DNA of 64,000 bases, from NCBI GenBank assembly GCA_963760615.1, contig CAVXDX010000014.1, positions 1 to 64,000 of the forward strand, read 5' to 3'. The DNA is from an uncultured Candidatus Micrarchaeota archaeon. GTDB lineage: Archaea > Micrarchaeota > Micrarchaeia > Burarchaeales > Fermentimicrarchaeaceae. Positions 28,276-37,911 of the stretch are shown here, one piece after another. A model generated the notes under the pieces. It worked only from the letters and a program-made list of their open reading frames with translations. It did no database searches and had not been told where the DNA came from. Position numbers and translations under genes: made by a program. Numbering within the stretch: position 1 is the stretch's first letter; each line of letters begins with the position of its first letter.

Positions 28276-29265
28276 CTATTGCTTTTTCCTTATGTAAAGC
28301 TTCCCTTCTTTTGGCTCTAGGATAGCCTCATATTGTGTTTTGAGCCATTTACCTATCCCCTGTGGTATCGATACCTGGAATTCATCTTTGCTTTTAATCA
28401 TGCCAATTGCCATAATATGCGGATTCTCCTTGCTCAGCTCAAGCCAGAGTCTAGGCCTCCCTTCCTCATCCTCGTCAAACGTCCAGATTCCATACCCTCC
28501 TTTTCTTAGCCCAAGTCTCTCAACAAACTCCTCGGGAATCGTCACTGCTGCGCATACGTCGGTTCGAATGACTTTTCTTGCATTCTTGTCGCTCCCTTCA
28601 GCTTTCCTAAGAAACAACCCTCCCTCCTCCAGATGCCAAGTTATATAGTCGTCAATTTTCAGCCCGGCAATAAACAGCATATCCTCTGGGATTCCCAGGA
28701 TACAAGAGCTAGTTCCTTTTTGGACTCTTCTCTGTATCGCAGTTGTTTTCAGTGGGGTCATCATTAGGTAGTCTCCCCCAGAATCTCTCCCCTCCTCAAA
28801 TTTGCATGACGTCTTGTATTCCAGTTGCATTTCAGAAACTATCTTTTTAGGGAGGTATATAGACCTATCTTCCAAACGAACACCCTGAACTTTCACAATA
28901 GTTGGGGCTTCTTTGGTCCTGTCCATTGCATGGTTGAAGAACCCGCCCTTCCTGAATCCCTCAGGATCTGGCTCTAATTCTTCCAAACCGCCATCATTCA
29001 CAAAATCTCTCAATATTTTACGGAACCTATCATCCAATGTCTTAGGATAATTTTTTACGATATAAGCAGGCGCATGTTTTATGAAAATCTCCTTCATCTC
29101 CTTTTTATTTATTTTCCCTTCTTTTTCTATTATTTTTCTGATCTCTTTGAATGCCTCCTGCTCATTTTCATGAAGCCTTGTCAGCGTATATTTAAACTGC
29201 TCTGCATCTGGGATGCGGTAACCCCCTGCTGCAGTCTCTTCTGTTTTGGCGTGTCTCCATGCCAT
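28276..29265 (-). CDS. Protein with four tandem AbrB/SpoVT-like domains and an N-terminal helical (possibly wHTH) region
   Basis: Repeats IYLPKKIVSEMQL, LGIPEDMLFIAGLKIDD, VTIPEEFVERLGLRKGG, VSIPQGIGKWL. Confidence 0.7.
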   Translation of the reverse strand: MAWRHAKTEETAAGGYRIPDAEQFKYTLTRLHENEQEAFKEIRKIIEKEGKINKKEMKEIFIKHAPAYIVKNYPKTLDDRFRKILRDFVNDGGLEELEPDPEGFRKGGFFNHAMDRTKEAPTIVKVQGVRLEDRSIYLPKKIVSEMQLEYKTSCKFEEGRDSGGDYLMMTPLKTTAIQRRVQKGTSSCILGIPEDMLFIAGLKIDDYITWHLEEGGLFLRKAEGSDKNARKVIRTDVCAAVTIPEEFVERLGLRKGGYGIWTFDEDEEGRPRLWLELSKENPHIMAIGMIKSKDEFQVSIPQGIGKWLKTQYEAILEPKEGKLYIRKKQ

Positions 29266-29302
29266 GCTTAATTTATGCCTTCTTTACTATTTAAACCTAA
29301 AT

Positions 29303-30973
29303 CTATTGCTTCTTCCTCTTGAGCAGCTTCTTCACGCCCCAGTACACAAGCAGGGCGAGGGCAGCTAGGGTTACAACAGATGCAATAATGTATGGAAGAA
29401 TATCCACAACTTTCATAACTTTTATGCTGAGAGTTTGAGCCCGGTAGCCCTCCTTGCTGACTGTGAAGTTGAAATTACCATCCACATCGGATTTTATGAA
29501 GTTGCCGCTCTCATCTCTAGAGACAACTCCATTCTCATCGCCCCTGTAGGTTCTGCCGAATATTGTCACTTCAGGGTAGGGCACAGGATTTCCTTCAGTA
29601 TCATTGACTTCAAAAATTACGGGTATTCCAACCACCACTGATTTTTGGTATGAGACGACCAGCTCCTTCTCCTCAGCCTTGCTTCTGAATCTGACGATGA
29701 CGCTGGGATAGGGTGGAGCTTCAATGTTGTCAAGAGCATCAACGCTTCTTGCTTCAAACATATACTCTCCATCCTCCAGTGAGGAGGTGTCCCAGGCATA
29801 GCTCCAGTTTGTTGTTCCGCTGGCGTTCTCCCAAGCACCCAGCTTCAACCTTACCTGAACGTATTTTACTCCTGCATCTGCGTATGCCGTGCCATTTATG
29901 GAGACCGGCGAGCCCACAACGTTCATCTCCTGGGAGGGGAAGCTGGTGCGCACTGTGGATACGGCGTAGAGGTTTCCGTCATAAGAGCCGACGTAGAGCA
30001 TTCCATTGCGCACAAGAGGAGTTGAGATGACCCAGTTTCCGGTTTCAAATCTCCATGCCACGCTGCCGGTCAGGTTCGCAGCATAGACGTTATTATCGCT
30101 GGTGCCGAAATAGATGAACTTGGAGTCGTCGTCATAGCGGACTGATGACTGCGCCTCGGTTCCAGTCGTTATGTTCCAGAACCTGCTGCCATCGGCTGCG
30201 TATACAGCGTATACATTGCCATCCCTGCAGGTGAAGTACAGCATATTATTGGGTGAGACTGCAAAACTTGATTGGATTTTGCCGGGAAACCTCTGCTTCC
30301 AGACCAGTGTTCCATTGAAGGTATTGAAGGCGTATAGGGTACCGTCGTCAGAGCCCACGTAGAGAATAAAGTTTGAAGCGATTGGCGAGGAGGCGAAGGG
30401 CGCCTCTCCGGAATAGTTCCACACCATCTTTCCAGTCTTTGGGCTGAATGTGTATACACTGCCATCAGTTGAGTCGAAGTACAGGAGGCCATAGGCAAGG
30501 AGTGGTGCAGAGAGTATCTTGTCACCCGTCTGGAATTTCCATGCCAGGCTTCCGTTCAGCATGAGGGCATAGAGGTATCCATCATTTGAGCCAAAGAAGA
30601 CCATGTCATCGGAAACTGCAGGGGAGGAGAGGATGATGCCTCCTGTCTGGAATTTCCATGCCAGGCTTCCGTTCAGCATGAGGGCATAGAGGTATCCATC
30701 ATTTGAGCCAAAGAAGACCATGTCATCGGAAACTGCAGGGGAGGATTCCAGCCTGCCTACTGTCCCGTAGTTCCAGAGGGAAATTCCAGTGGTTGAGTTG
30801 ACAGCATAGAAATTGCCGTTTGCAGAGCCAAAGAAGAGGACATCGCCGCGAATTGCCAGTGATGTAACTATGTAGTCGTTTGCATTGAACATCCACTTTA
30901 TGCCCTCCAGCCCAACAGCCTGTTGCGCGGAGAGGAGCGGGATGAAAAGCAGTATGAGCAGGAACTTCTTCAT
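29303..30973 (-). CDS. PQQ-binding-like (BamB-type) beta-propeller surface protein with Ig-like domain and C-terminal anchor
   Basis: Signal peptide; repeats SSPAV...FFGS.DG.LYA...G...W.F.TG; C-terminal TM + basic tail. Confidence 0.88.
   Translation of the reverse strand: MKKFLLILLFIPLLSAQQAVGLEGIKWMFNANDYIVTSLAIRGDVLFFGSANGNFYAVNSTTGISLWNYGTVGRLESSPAVSDDMVFFGSNDGYLYALMLNGSLAWKFQTGGIILSSPAVSDDMVFFGSNDGYLYALMLNGSLAWKFQTGDKILSAPLLAYGLLYFDSTDGSVYTFSPKTGKMVWNYSGEAPFASSPIASNFILYVGSDDGTLYAFNTFNGTLVWKQRFPGKIQSSFAVSPNNMLYFTCRDGNVYAVYAADGSRFWNITTGTEAQSSVRYDDDSKFIYFGTSDNNVYAANLTGSVAWRFETGNWVISTPLVRNGMLYVGSYDGNLYAVSTVRTSFPSQEMNVVGSPVSINGTAYADAGVKYVQVRLKLGAWENASGTTNWSYAWDTSSLEDGEYMFEARSVDALDNIEAPPYPSVIVRFRSKAEEKELVVSYQKSVVVGIPVIFEVNDTEGNPVPYPEVTIFGRTYRGDENGVVSRDESGNFIKSDVDGNFNFTVSKEGYRAQTLSIKVMKVVDILPYIIASVVTLAALALLVYWGVKKLLKRKKQ
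30528..30745. repeat. Intragenic tandem duplication: two identical 101-bp blocks, period 117 bp
   Basis: 30528-30628 equals 30645-30745; encodes SSPAVSDDMVFFGSNDGYLYALMLNGSLAWKFQT twice. Confidence 0.93.
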
Positions 30974-31130
30974 GAATCCACCAATGTTTATTAATTCGCT
31001 GCCTATTTAAATCTGTTTTGATAATTGAGTTTTGGGGAGAAAGAGGATACCGGCTGGTTTACTGCACAGAGCGCCAGGTGCCTGACAACAAGCGCATGGT
31101 GGGGTTTGTCTTTAAGAGAAAAAAGAAAGG

Positions 31131-31607
31131 CTAGGAAAGCAGCTTGTCATGTTTTCCTTCATTCACTTCCTTTATAACTTCCTTGGGGCTCTTCCCATCG
31201 CAGGTCACTCCCATGCTCACGCAGGTTCCCAGAATCTCATTCACGTTTGCCTTCAGCCCCTTTGCTAGGCTCACCTCTCCCTTCATCTTTGCCACTTTCA
31301 CAACCTGCTCCATAGTGAGGTTCCCCACAACCTCTCCTTTTGCCTTTGCGCCGAGCTCTATGCCAAGCTCCTTCTTTATGAGCGCGCTTGCCGGCGGGGT
31401 TCCAACTTCAATTTCAAAGCCCTTGCTGTCCTTGTCGACTATCACCTTGACCGGGATTTTCATACCCGCAAAGTTCTTTGTTCTCTCATTGATGGTTGCA
31501 ACAATCTGTCCTATGTTGACGCCAAGCGGTCCAAGCGCAGGACCAAGTGGCGCTCCAGGTGTGGCTTTTCCTCCATCAACAAGTGCTTGTACGGTTATCT
31601 TGTTCAA
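31131..31607 (-). CDS. rpl11: 50S ribosomal protein L11
   Basis: GGKATPGAPLGPALGPLGVN, PPASALIKKELG, GTCVSMGV motifs. Confidence 0.98.
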   Translation of the reverse strand: MNKITVQALVDGGKATPGAPLGPALGPLGVNIGQIVATINERTKNFAGMKIPVKVIVDKDSKGFEIEVGTPPASALIKKELGIELGAKAKGEVVGNLTMEQVVKVAKMKGEVSLAKGLKANVNEILGTCVSMGVTCDGKSPKEVIKEVNEGKHDKLLS

Positions 31608-31617
31608 GTTGAACACC

Positions 31618-32058
31618 TCACTCTGCTTTCTGGTATATTTTAACAGTGTTAATCTTTATCGTGACAGGGATGGGAACTGCAACCTCAAGCAGCTCTACAG
31701 TTACCTCATCCTTAGATTCATCAATCTTGATTATCTTTGCTTTCTCCCCCTTGAACGGCCCGCTTACGAGCTCAACAATATCGCCCTTTGCTATCTGCAG
31801 CTTTGTCGTCCTCGTCTCTATGAGCGGGGCTATCTCTTCTATGCCCATGCTCTTTGCCAGAACTCCTTTTATGTGCGGTATCCTCATGGCGGCCTGTCTT
31901 GCAATGACCTCATCCTCAGCCTCAAGTATGAGGTAACCCCTCATGTCCTCAAGCAGCGCAACCGCATATATGGGCAGGTTCTCCTTCTTTATTTTATTCC
32001 TGAGCACATCCACTACCACCTTCTCCTGCCCTGCCGTTACACGGTAGACGAATATCAA
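31618..32058 (-). CDS. spt5: Transcription elongation factor Spt5/NusG
   Basis: RVTAGQE, GYLILEA, KOW motif GDIVELVSGPFKGEKAKI. Confidence 0.96.
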   Translation of the reverse strand: MIFVYRVTAGQEKVVVDVLRNKIKKENLPIYAVALLEDMRGYLILEAEDEVIARQAAMRIPHIKGVLAKSMGIEEIAPLIETRTTKLQIAKGDIVELVSGPFKGEKAKIIKIDESKDEVTVELLEVAVPIPVTIKINTVKIYQKAE

Positions 32059-32246
32059 GATTTCCCTCCCTTTTCAAGAAAGCCAAATATGATGGTTATA
32101 ACATACCCTATAACTCCTATGGCTATCATGCCCAGCCCCGTGATCTTGAGCGTGGTGTAGAACTCATCAGATGTTGGCCTGTAGGAGACCCTGAGGACTC
32201 TCATAGCCTTCTGTATGAATTCACTTATCTTGTCTGTGATAGCCAT
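32055..32246 (-). CDS. secE: Protein translocase SecE/Sec61-gamma
   Basis: RVLRVSYRPT.DEF and TM GLGMIAIGVIGYVI; conserved position between ftsZ and spt5. Confidence 0.93.
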   Translation of the reverse strand: MAITDKISEFIQKAMRVLRVSYRPTSDEFYTTLKITGLGMIAIGVIGYVITIIFGFLEKGGKS

Positions 32247-32254
32247 GGAAACAC

Positions 32255-33316
32255 CTATATTATGGAGTCAAGGTCTATCTCGGGCGACTCCAGCTTGGCC
32301 TCAACCTTCTCGTAGTTGGGGAGCTTTGCCCCTGCGATTACGACAAGAACCTTCAGGTTTGACTTGTTCATTTCCGGCTCTATGCGGGCCCCCCATATTA
32401 TGTGCGAATTGGGGTGTATCCTCTTTGAAATCTCCTCTATGATGAGCTCGGCTTCCCTGAGGGTCATATCCGCCCCTCCGGTTACGTTGACAAGGGCCTT
32501 GTTCGCCTCTGAAATGTCGGTATCAAGCAGTGGGCTGTTCAATGCGTTTTCAACTGCCGTGGCTGCCCTCTCATCCGGCTTCGCATTGGCAGAGGACTCT
32601 CCGAACCCTATCACGGCGCAGCCCGCATCCTTCATCACGGTCTTCAAATCTGCAAAATCCAGGTTCACCAGCCCCACTTTTGTGACAAGCTCTGTTATGC
32701 CCTTCACGGAGCTTGCGAGCACCTCATCGGCAACCTTGAAAGCCGTGTTGAGAGGCAAATCAGGCACTATGGCAAGCAGCTTGTCATTGGGTATTACTAT
32801 AACTGTGTCAACCTGCCTCTTGAGCTTGTTCAACCCTTCAAGGGCATTGGCTCTCCTCACCTTTCCCTCAGAGAGGAATGGCAGAGTGACAACGGCAATG
32901 GTGAGAGCCCCAACGTCCTTTGCCTGCTCTGCGATTATATGGGCGCTTCCAGTGCCGGTTCCTCCTCCTAGCCCGCATGTCACAAAAACCATCTGCGCGT
33001 TTGAGATAACTTTGGCAATCTCATCCTTGCTCTCCTTGGCAGCCTCCTCACCGACTGTGGGGTTGCTGCCTGCCCCAAGCCCCTTTGTCGTGTTCTTCCC
33101 GAGGAGAAGCTTCTTGTCCGCCCTCGTCTTGACAAGGTGGTGCGCATCAGTGTTCATGGCTATGACTGAGGCTCCTTCTATGCCCACCTCGAATATCCTG
33201 TTGAGGGTGTTGCAGCCTCCTCCGCCTGTGCCAATCACATATATCTTGGGAGCTGAGCTCTCTATGAACTTCAGCAGCTCCTCATCATCCTTAGAAACAA
33301 ATCCTTGCTCAATCAA
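32255..33316 (-). CDS. ftsZ: Cell division protein FtsZ
   Basis: GTGGGG.N, GAG.NP..G, GLGGGTGTG tubulin signature, IPNDKL, NLDFADL. Confidence 0.98.
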   Translation of the reverse strand: MIEQGFVSKDDEELLKFIESSAPKIYVIGTGGGGCNTLNRIFEVGIEGASVIAMNTDAHHLVKTRADKKLLLGKNTTKGLGAGSNPTVGEEAAKESKDEIAKVISNAQMVFVTCGLGGGTGTGSAHIIAEQAKDVGALTIAVVTLPFLSEGKVRRANALEGLNKLKRQVDTVIVIPNDKLLAIVPDLPLNTAFKVADEVLASSVKGITELVTKVGLVNLDFADLKTVMKDAGCAVIGFGESSANAKPDERAATAVENALNSPLLDTDISEANKALVNVTGGADMTLREAELIIEEISKRIHPNSHIIWGARIEPEMNKSNLKVLVVIAGAKLPNYEKVEAKLESPEIDLDSII

Positions 33317-33377
33317 AGTATCCCCTCTTTATAATACACAGATTTTAATCTATAAAGCTTTAATATGCTTTCGTTTT

Positions 33378-34166
33378 TTATTTAAGGTTGCCTGTTCTCA
33401 GCTCCATCTCCCTGCTCCAGTCTTCTACAGGCTTCTGGGAGCGGAAGTTCAACAGCTTAGCCCTCTCGGACTCCAGATGCACTGATGCGTCAAGTGCACC
33501 TTCTGTAACGCCATCGCCCACCGATATATCAGCTGAGAATGATTCAAGGAGTTTGCTCTCCTTTTCATATAACCTTTCTAGGTGTATAGTTATTCTAGTG
33601 GTTGGACCTATAGCTCCCTCTGTTGTCTCGGTATAGGAGATTAGGTTACCCCTGTCTGATAAAGTGGCATATATTGAATCCTGCGTTTGGTAACCAAAAA
33701 TAGTCCCTTTCACCTTAATTCCTTCCACCTTAGTCTCTTCCACATCAAAAAGTTTAGTTCTGCCTTCTATTTTTTGAGGACCGAAGTCGGTATTCACAGT
33801 GTCTGGGGAGGACCTGTCGATGCGTTCATCCTCTTTCTGCACTTCAATATGTACAGGGTATCTCCAGCTGCCGAAAACGAATTCAATATCGGCCCACTGG
33901 AGTTTGTTCAGGGAATCAAAACGCATCTTCTTCACAACGGTTCCTGTCTCTCTCCACTTCTCTGATGAACCTTTTTCTTTTGTGGTTATAGTTTCAATGA
34001 GGTCGGCCCCCCCGCCTTTTACATATTTTATGTTAAGGGTTCTTATCTCGCTTTTTTTACCCATTGTCTCCTCGCTTCTGCCAACCCACTCATCGCCGTT
34101 CCTCTCCATCACAAAATCGGCATGCTTTGCCACCTGTTTAACTGCTTCATCTAATTTCACAACCAT
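33378..34166 (-). CDS. Hypothetical protein
   Basis: 262-aa ORF with no recognised motif. Confidence 0.7.
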   Translation of the reverse strand: MVVKLDEAVKQVAKHADFVMERNGDEWVGRSEETMGKKSEIRTLNIKYVKGGGADLIETITTKEKGSSEKWRETGTVVKKMRFDSLNKLQWADIEFVFGSWRYPVHIEVQKEDERIDRSSPDTVNTDFGPQKIEGRTKLFDVEETKVEGIKVKGTIFGYQTQDSIYATLSDRGNLISYTETTEGAIGPTTRITIHLERLYEKESKLLESFSADISVGDGVTEGALDASVHLESERAKLLNFRSQKPVEDWSREMELRTGNLK

Positions 34167-34234
34167 ATCGCAATTTTTCGATTTTTAAGTTTAAGAATAC
34201 AGCAGTTTATATAGTGAAACGGAGGATGTATTTC

Positions 34235-34447
34235 ATGAGTGACAGGAGAAGCAGGATAAAAGCATGCTCCATATGCGGCAGCCTGGAGATAGGTGCGCCT
34301 TCTCTCGGAGAGGGAGGTATTCCAGGCTCATCAGAAGTTGCTGGAATATACCACTGCAAGAGATGCGGGAATAATATGGTGCCAATAGTTTTTGATGATG
34401 AAAAGGCATATAGGAGATTTCTGAAAGAGCTGCACAAAGCCCTCTAA
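34235..34447 (+). CDS. Small zinc-ribbon protein
   Basis: CSICGS ... CKRCG; GGAGG SD. Confidence 0.75.
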   Translation: MSDRRSRIKACSICGSLEIGAPSLGEGGIPGSSEVAGIYHCKRCGNNMVPIVFDDEKAYRRFLKELHKAL

Positions 34448-34491
34448 TTTTTAAATAGTGCCAGCATAATTTATTGCTAGATGGTGATATT

Positions 34492-35415
34492 TTGCAGAGA
34501 GAAGTTGAGAGGATAAGAAAGGATATAAAGAAGCTCAGGATACAGGGAGCCAGGAACGTGGCAAGAGCAGCAATGGCGGCAATGGGCATAATAGCCAGAA
34601 AATCAAAAGCAAAAAGCAGGGAGGAGCTTGTGAATGAGCTACTTGTTGCAGCAGATGAGCTGGCCGCCACAAGACCCACGGAACCCATGCTCAGAAATGC
34701 GCTGAGGTCACTCTTTGCGGATGTGAGGAGGAGCAAGGGGAATGTTGATGCTCTGAGGAAGCTCGTTGAGAGGGGGGAGCTGGAGTATTTCAAAAAAATG
34801 AAGGAGAACGAGGAGAGGATAGCCGAGTACGGGGGGAGGGAGCTTTCAGGCAGCTCGGTCATTCTAACGCACTGCCACAGCAGCTCAGTTGTATCAATTC
34901 TTGAAAGAGCAAACGAGCTCAGCAAGGGGATAGAGGTGATATGCACAGAGACAAGGCCGAAATTTCAGGGGCTCATCACGGCAAAGCAGCTCAGCGAGGC
35001 TGGCCTGAAGGTCACTCTGATAGTTGACTCGGCGGTGAGCCATTTCATGAAGGATGTTGATGTAGTTGTTGTAGGCGCAGATGCCATAACTGCCAAAGGG
35101 GATTTAATCAACAAGATTGGCACATGTGGAATTGCGTTTATAGCTCACGAGCATGGAGTGAGCATGTACTCTGCCGCAGAGACTTTCAAGTTCGACCCCG
35201 CCACCCTTTGGGGCGGAATTGAGAAGATAGAGGAAAGGAACCCTGAGGAGGTAGTAAACCCAAAGAGGCTGAAGGGGGTTGAAGTGAGGAATCCCGCATT
35301 TGATGTCACTCCTGCAAGGTATATCACGGCTTACATAACAGAGGTGGGAGTCATTCCGCCTCAAAGCCTGCTTGATGTTGCTATTAGGGAAGGAATTGAG
35401 GAGTTGTACAGGTGA
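34492..35415 (+). CDS. Ribose-1,5-bisphosphate isomerase (eIF-2B family)
   Basis: IQGARNVA, TRPTEPML.N, LTHCHSS, TETRP.FQG, VGADAI, NKIGT, NPAFDVTP motifs; adjacent to AMP phosphorylase. Confidence 0.93.
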   Translation: MQREVERIRKDIKKLRIQGARNVARAAMAAMGIIARKSKAKSREELVNELLVAADELAATRPTEPMLRNALRSLFADVRRSKGNVDALRKLVERGELEYFKKMKENEERIAEYGGRELSGSSVILTHCHSSSVVSILERANELSKGIEVICTETRPKFQGLITAKQLSEAGLKVTLIVDSAVSHFMKDVDVVVVGADAITAKGDLINKIGTCGIAFIAHEHGVSMYSAAETFKFDPATLWGGIEKIEERNPEEVVNPKRLKGVEVRNPAFDVTPARYITAYITEVGVIPPQSLLDVAIREGIEELYR

Positions 35416-35419
35416 TAGA

Positions 35420-36943
35420 ATGGTTGAAAAGGGAGCTTATGCGTTGAAAGCCAAGACGTTTGACATTGAGACCGGGAAGAACATAGTTGTGCTCAACGAG
35501 GATGAGGCACATGACATGGATATGATTATAGGGGACAGGGTCTCCCTGAAGAATGGAGATAAGAGATGCACAGCAATTGTTGATGTGAGCGACACGCTTG
35601 TGAAGAGGGGGGAAATTGTGCTCTTCTCCGACACATCCTGCGGAGTCGGGGCAAAGAAGGGGGATATGATTGAGGTGAGCATAACAAGCAACCCTGCCTC
35701 CATTGAGATTATAAAGAAGAAAATGGACGGGGGCAGCTTAGGGAATGACGAGATAAAGAAGGTGATAGACGAGATTATGGAGAACAAGCTCAGCGAGACT
35801 GAGCTCGCCTCATTCGTGACTGCGCTGTACATAAGGGGTTTGAGCAATGATGAGACAGTTTATTTGACAAATGCGATTGTTGGTTCAGGAAGCATACTAG
35901 ACCTCGGTGTTCATCCAATTGTGGACAAGCATTGCTCCGGTGGAGTTGCGGGGAACAGGACTACCATGATTCTCGTCCCAATAATAGCTGCAGCCGGCCT
36001 GTACATACCGAAAACCTCTGCTAGATCCATCACTTCTCCTGCCGGCACGGCTGATACGATGGAGGTGCTGGCTCCTGTCACATTCAAGCTTGATGAGATG
36101 AAGAATGTGGTGCTAAAAACCCATGGGTGCATCGTCTGGGGTGGGGCCATGGACCTTGCGGCAGCGGACGACAAGCTGATAAGGATAAGGAACTCCATGA
36201 GGCTTGACCCGAAAGGCGTTTTGCTGGCAAGCATACTCGCCAAGAAGAAGTCTGTTGGGGCGGAGTATGTTGTGATAGACATACCTGTAGGGAGGGGAGC
36301 GAAGATTGAGGATACAAGAATTGCGAATGGGATGGCCAGGGATTTCCTGGAGATTGGCGAGAAGCTCAACATGAAGGTTGAATGTTACATAACAGTAGGG
36401 AACGGGCCCATAGGCAACGGCATAGGGCCGGCTCTGGAGGCAAGGGATGTGCTGAGGGTGCTGCAAGGAGAAGGTCCAGCAGACCTCACTGAGAAATCCC
36501 TGGTGCTTGCAGGAGCGCTGCTGGAACTGTGCGGGAAGGTGGAGAAAGGCAGGGGTTATGCAGTTGCCAGCGATATACTGAAGTCAGGGAAAGCTCTGGA
36601 GAAGATGAGGGAGATGATAGAGGCGCAGGGAGGAAATTCGAAGGTGAAGGTTGATGATATACAGATTGGCAGCTATAAAGCTGAGATAAAGTCTGATAAG
36701 GAGGGCAGGATACACCATGTTGACAACAGGATTATATCAAGGATTGCCAGGGCTGCAGGCGCGCCCAAGAGCAAGGGTGCTGGGGTGTATATGCACGTAA
36801 AGCAGGGTGACAAGGTGAAGGTGGGGGATGTGGTGTTTGATATAATCGCGGAGAGTGAGAGCAAACTCAGCATGGCGCTTGACCTTGCAAATACGCTGGA
36901 GGCAGTGGAGATGCAGAAAGTTATACTTCAAAAGTATGTGTGA
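35420..36943 (+). CDS. AMP phosphorylase (archaeal thymidine phosphorylase family)
   Basis: N-terminal double-psi barrel; DKHCSGGVAGN, KTSARSITSPAGTAD, ASILAKK, IG.GIGP.LEA motifs. Confidence 0.95.
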   Translation: MVEKGAYALKAKTFDIETGKNIVVLNEDEAHDMDMIIGDRVSLKNGDKRCTAIVDVSDTLVKRGEIVLFSDTSCGVGAKKGDMIEVSITSNPASIEIIKKKMDGGSLGNDEIKKVIDEIMENKLSETELASFVTALYIRGLSNDETVYLTNAIVGSGSILDLGVHPIVDKHCSGGVAGNRTTMILVPIIAAAGLYIPKTSARSITSPAGTADTMEVLAPVTFKLDEMKNVVLKTHGCIVWGGAMDLAAADDKLIRIRNSMRLDPKGVLLASILAKKKSVGAEYVVIDIPVGRGAKIEDTRIANGMARDFLEIGEKLNMKVECYITVGNGPIGNGIGPALEARDVLRVLQGEGPADLTEKSLVLAGALLELCGKVEKGRGYAVASDILKSGKALEKMREMIEAQGGNSKVKVDDIQIGSYKAEIKSDKEGRIHHVDNRIISRIARAAGAPKSKGAGVYMHVKQGDKVKVGDVVFDIIAESESKLSMALDLANTLEAVEMQKVILQKYV

Positions 36944-36947
36944 TTTC

Positions 36948-37874
36948 ATGAAGCTGCTTAAAAAGAGAGTCAGGGATATGAAGCTCAGCGAGGATATGGG
37001 AGTGTCTGAGCTTGTGGAGGAGATGCGCAGCGCAGGAGGGTTCACTGCACGCCATCTTGCCACTGGTGTGAGCATACTGGAGGAGATGCTCGGAGACAAG
37101 GAGTGCATCAACTTCCTTTCCTTCCCGGCATGCATTGTGGCAACCGGGTTGAGGGGGGCTCTGGCTCAGTTTGTGAAGGAGTTTGATGTCATTATAACAA
37201 CCGGAGGAACATTCGATCATGATTTGGCAAGGGCATGGGGCGGCAACTACTTTGAGGGCAGTTTTGAGCTTGATGACGAGATGCTGCACAAGCTTGGGGT
37301 GAACAGACTGGGGAATGTGCTCATCCCAAACTCAAGCTACGGTGTGCTACTTGAAAAAAAGATGCTTCCGATTCTTAAGGAAATTACAAAGAGTAAAGAG
37401 GAGTGGAGCAGCCGGGAGCTGGCATATGAGTTTGGAAAGAGGGTTGATGACGAGAATTCCATCCTGCGCCAGGCTGCGAAACATAATATTCCAGTTTACT
37501 GCCCGGGTATACTGGATGCTGCTTTCGGAACGAATCTTGTGATATTCTCGCAGGACCACAGATTCAAACTCAACTTGATTAAGGATGAGAAGGAGCTCAG
37601 CGATATCGTGTTTGACAGCAAGAGGAGAGGAGCCCTCATGATTGGAGGGGGAATTTCAAAGCATCACACAATCTGGTGGAATCAGTTCAAGGGGGGACTG
37701 GATTATGCGGTGTATATAACCACTGCCACTGCCTATGATGGAAGCTTGAGCGGAGCGAGGCTGAGAGAGGCTATTTCATGGGGCAAGGTGAAGGAGAAGG
37801 CGAAGCAGGTTACAATAGACGGCGATGCAACTGTTATTCTTCCATTAATGCTTGCTGCTTTGAGAAAACGGTGA
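36948..37874 (+). CDS. dhs: Deoxyhypusine synthase
   Basis: TTGG.FDHD, NRLGNV.IPN, GGGISKH, DGSLSGA...EAISWGK, GDATV.LP motifs. Confidence 0.96.
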   Translation: MKLLKKRVRDMKLSEDMGVSELVEEMRSAGGFTARHLATGVSILEEMLGDKECINFLSFPACIVATGLRGALAQFVKEFDVIITTGGTFDHDLARAWGGNYFEGSFELDDEMLHKLGVNRLGNVLIPNSSYGVLLEKKMLPILKEITKSKEEWSSRELAYEFGKRVDDENSILRQAAKHNIPVYCPGILDAAFGTNLVIFSQDHRFKLNLIKDEKELSDIVFDSKRRGALMIGGGISKHHTIWWNQFKGGLDYAVYITTATAYDGSLSGARLREAISWGKVKEKAKQVTIDGDATVILPLMLAALRKR

Positions 37875-37911
37875 CGTATAAAAATTTGAATTTATCCTTA
37901 CGAAAATTTGC

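Noticed and set aside
30528-30745. Possible diversity-generating retroelement template/variable repeat pair
   Set aside because: The copies are identical, tandem and both coding, with no adenine-specific mismatches; no reverse transcriptase in the window.
31020-31125. GC-rich spacer between the propeller gene and rpl11 as a tRNA fragment or box C/D RNA
   Set aside because: No convincing cloverleaf or paired C/D boxes; contains only a T-rich terminator-like tract after rpl11.
32316-33485. 389-aa + strand ORF
   Set aside because: Antisense shadow of ftsZ; Ser/Pro-rich, no SD or motifs. The same applies to other long shadow ORFs such as 14087-14935, 7022-7771 and 31144-32160.
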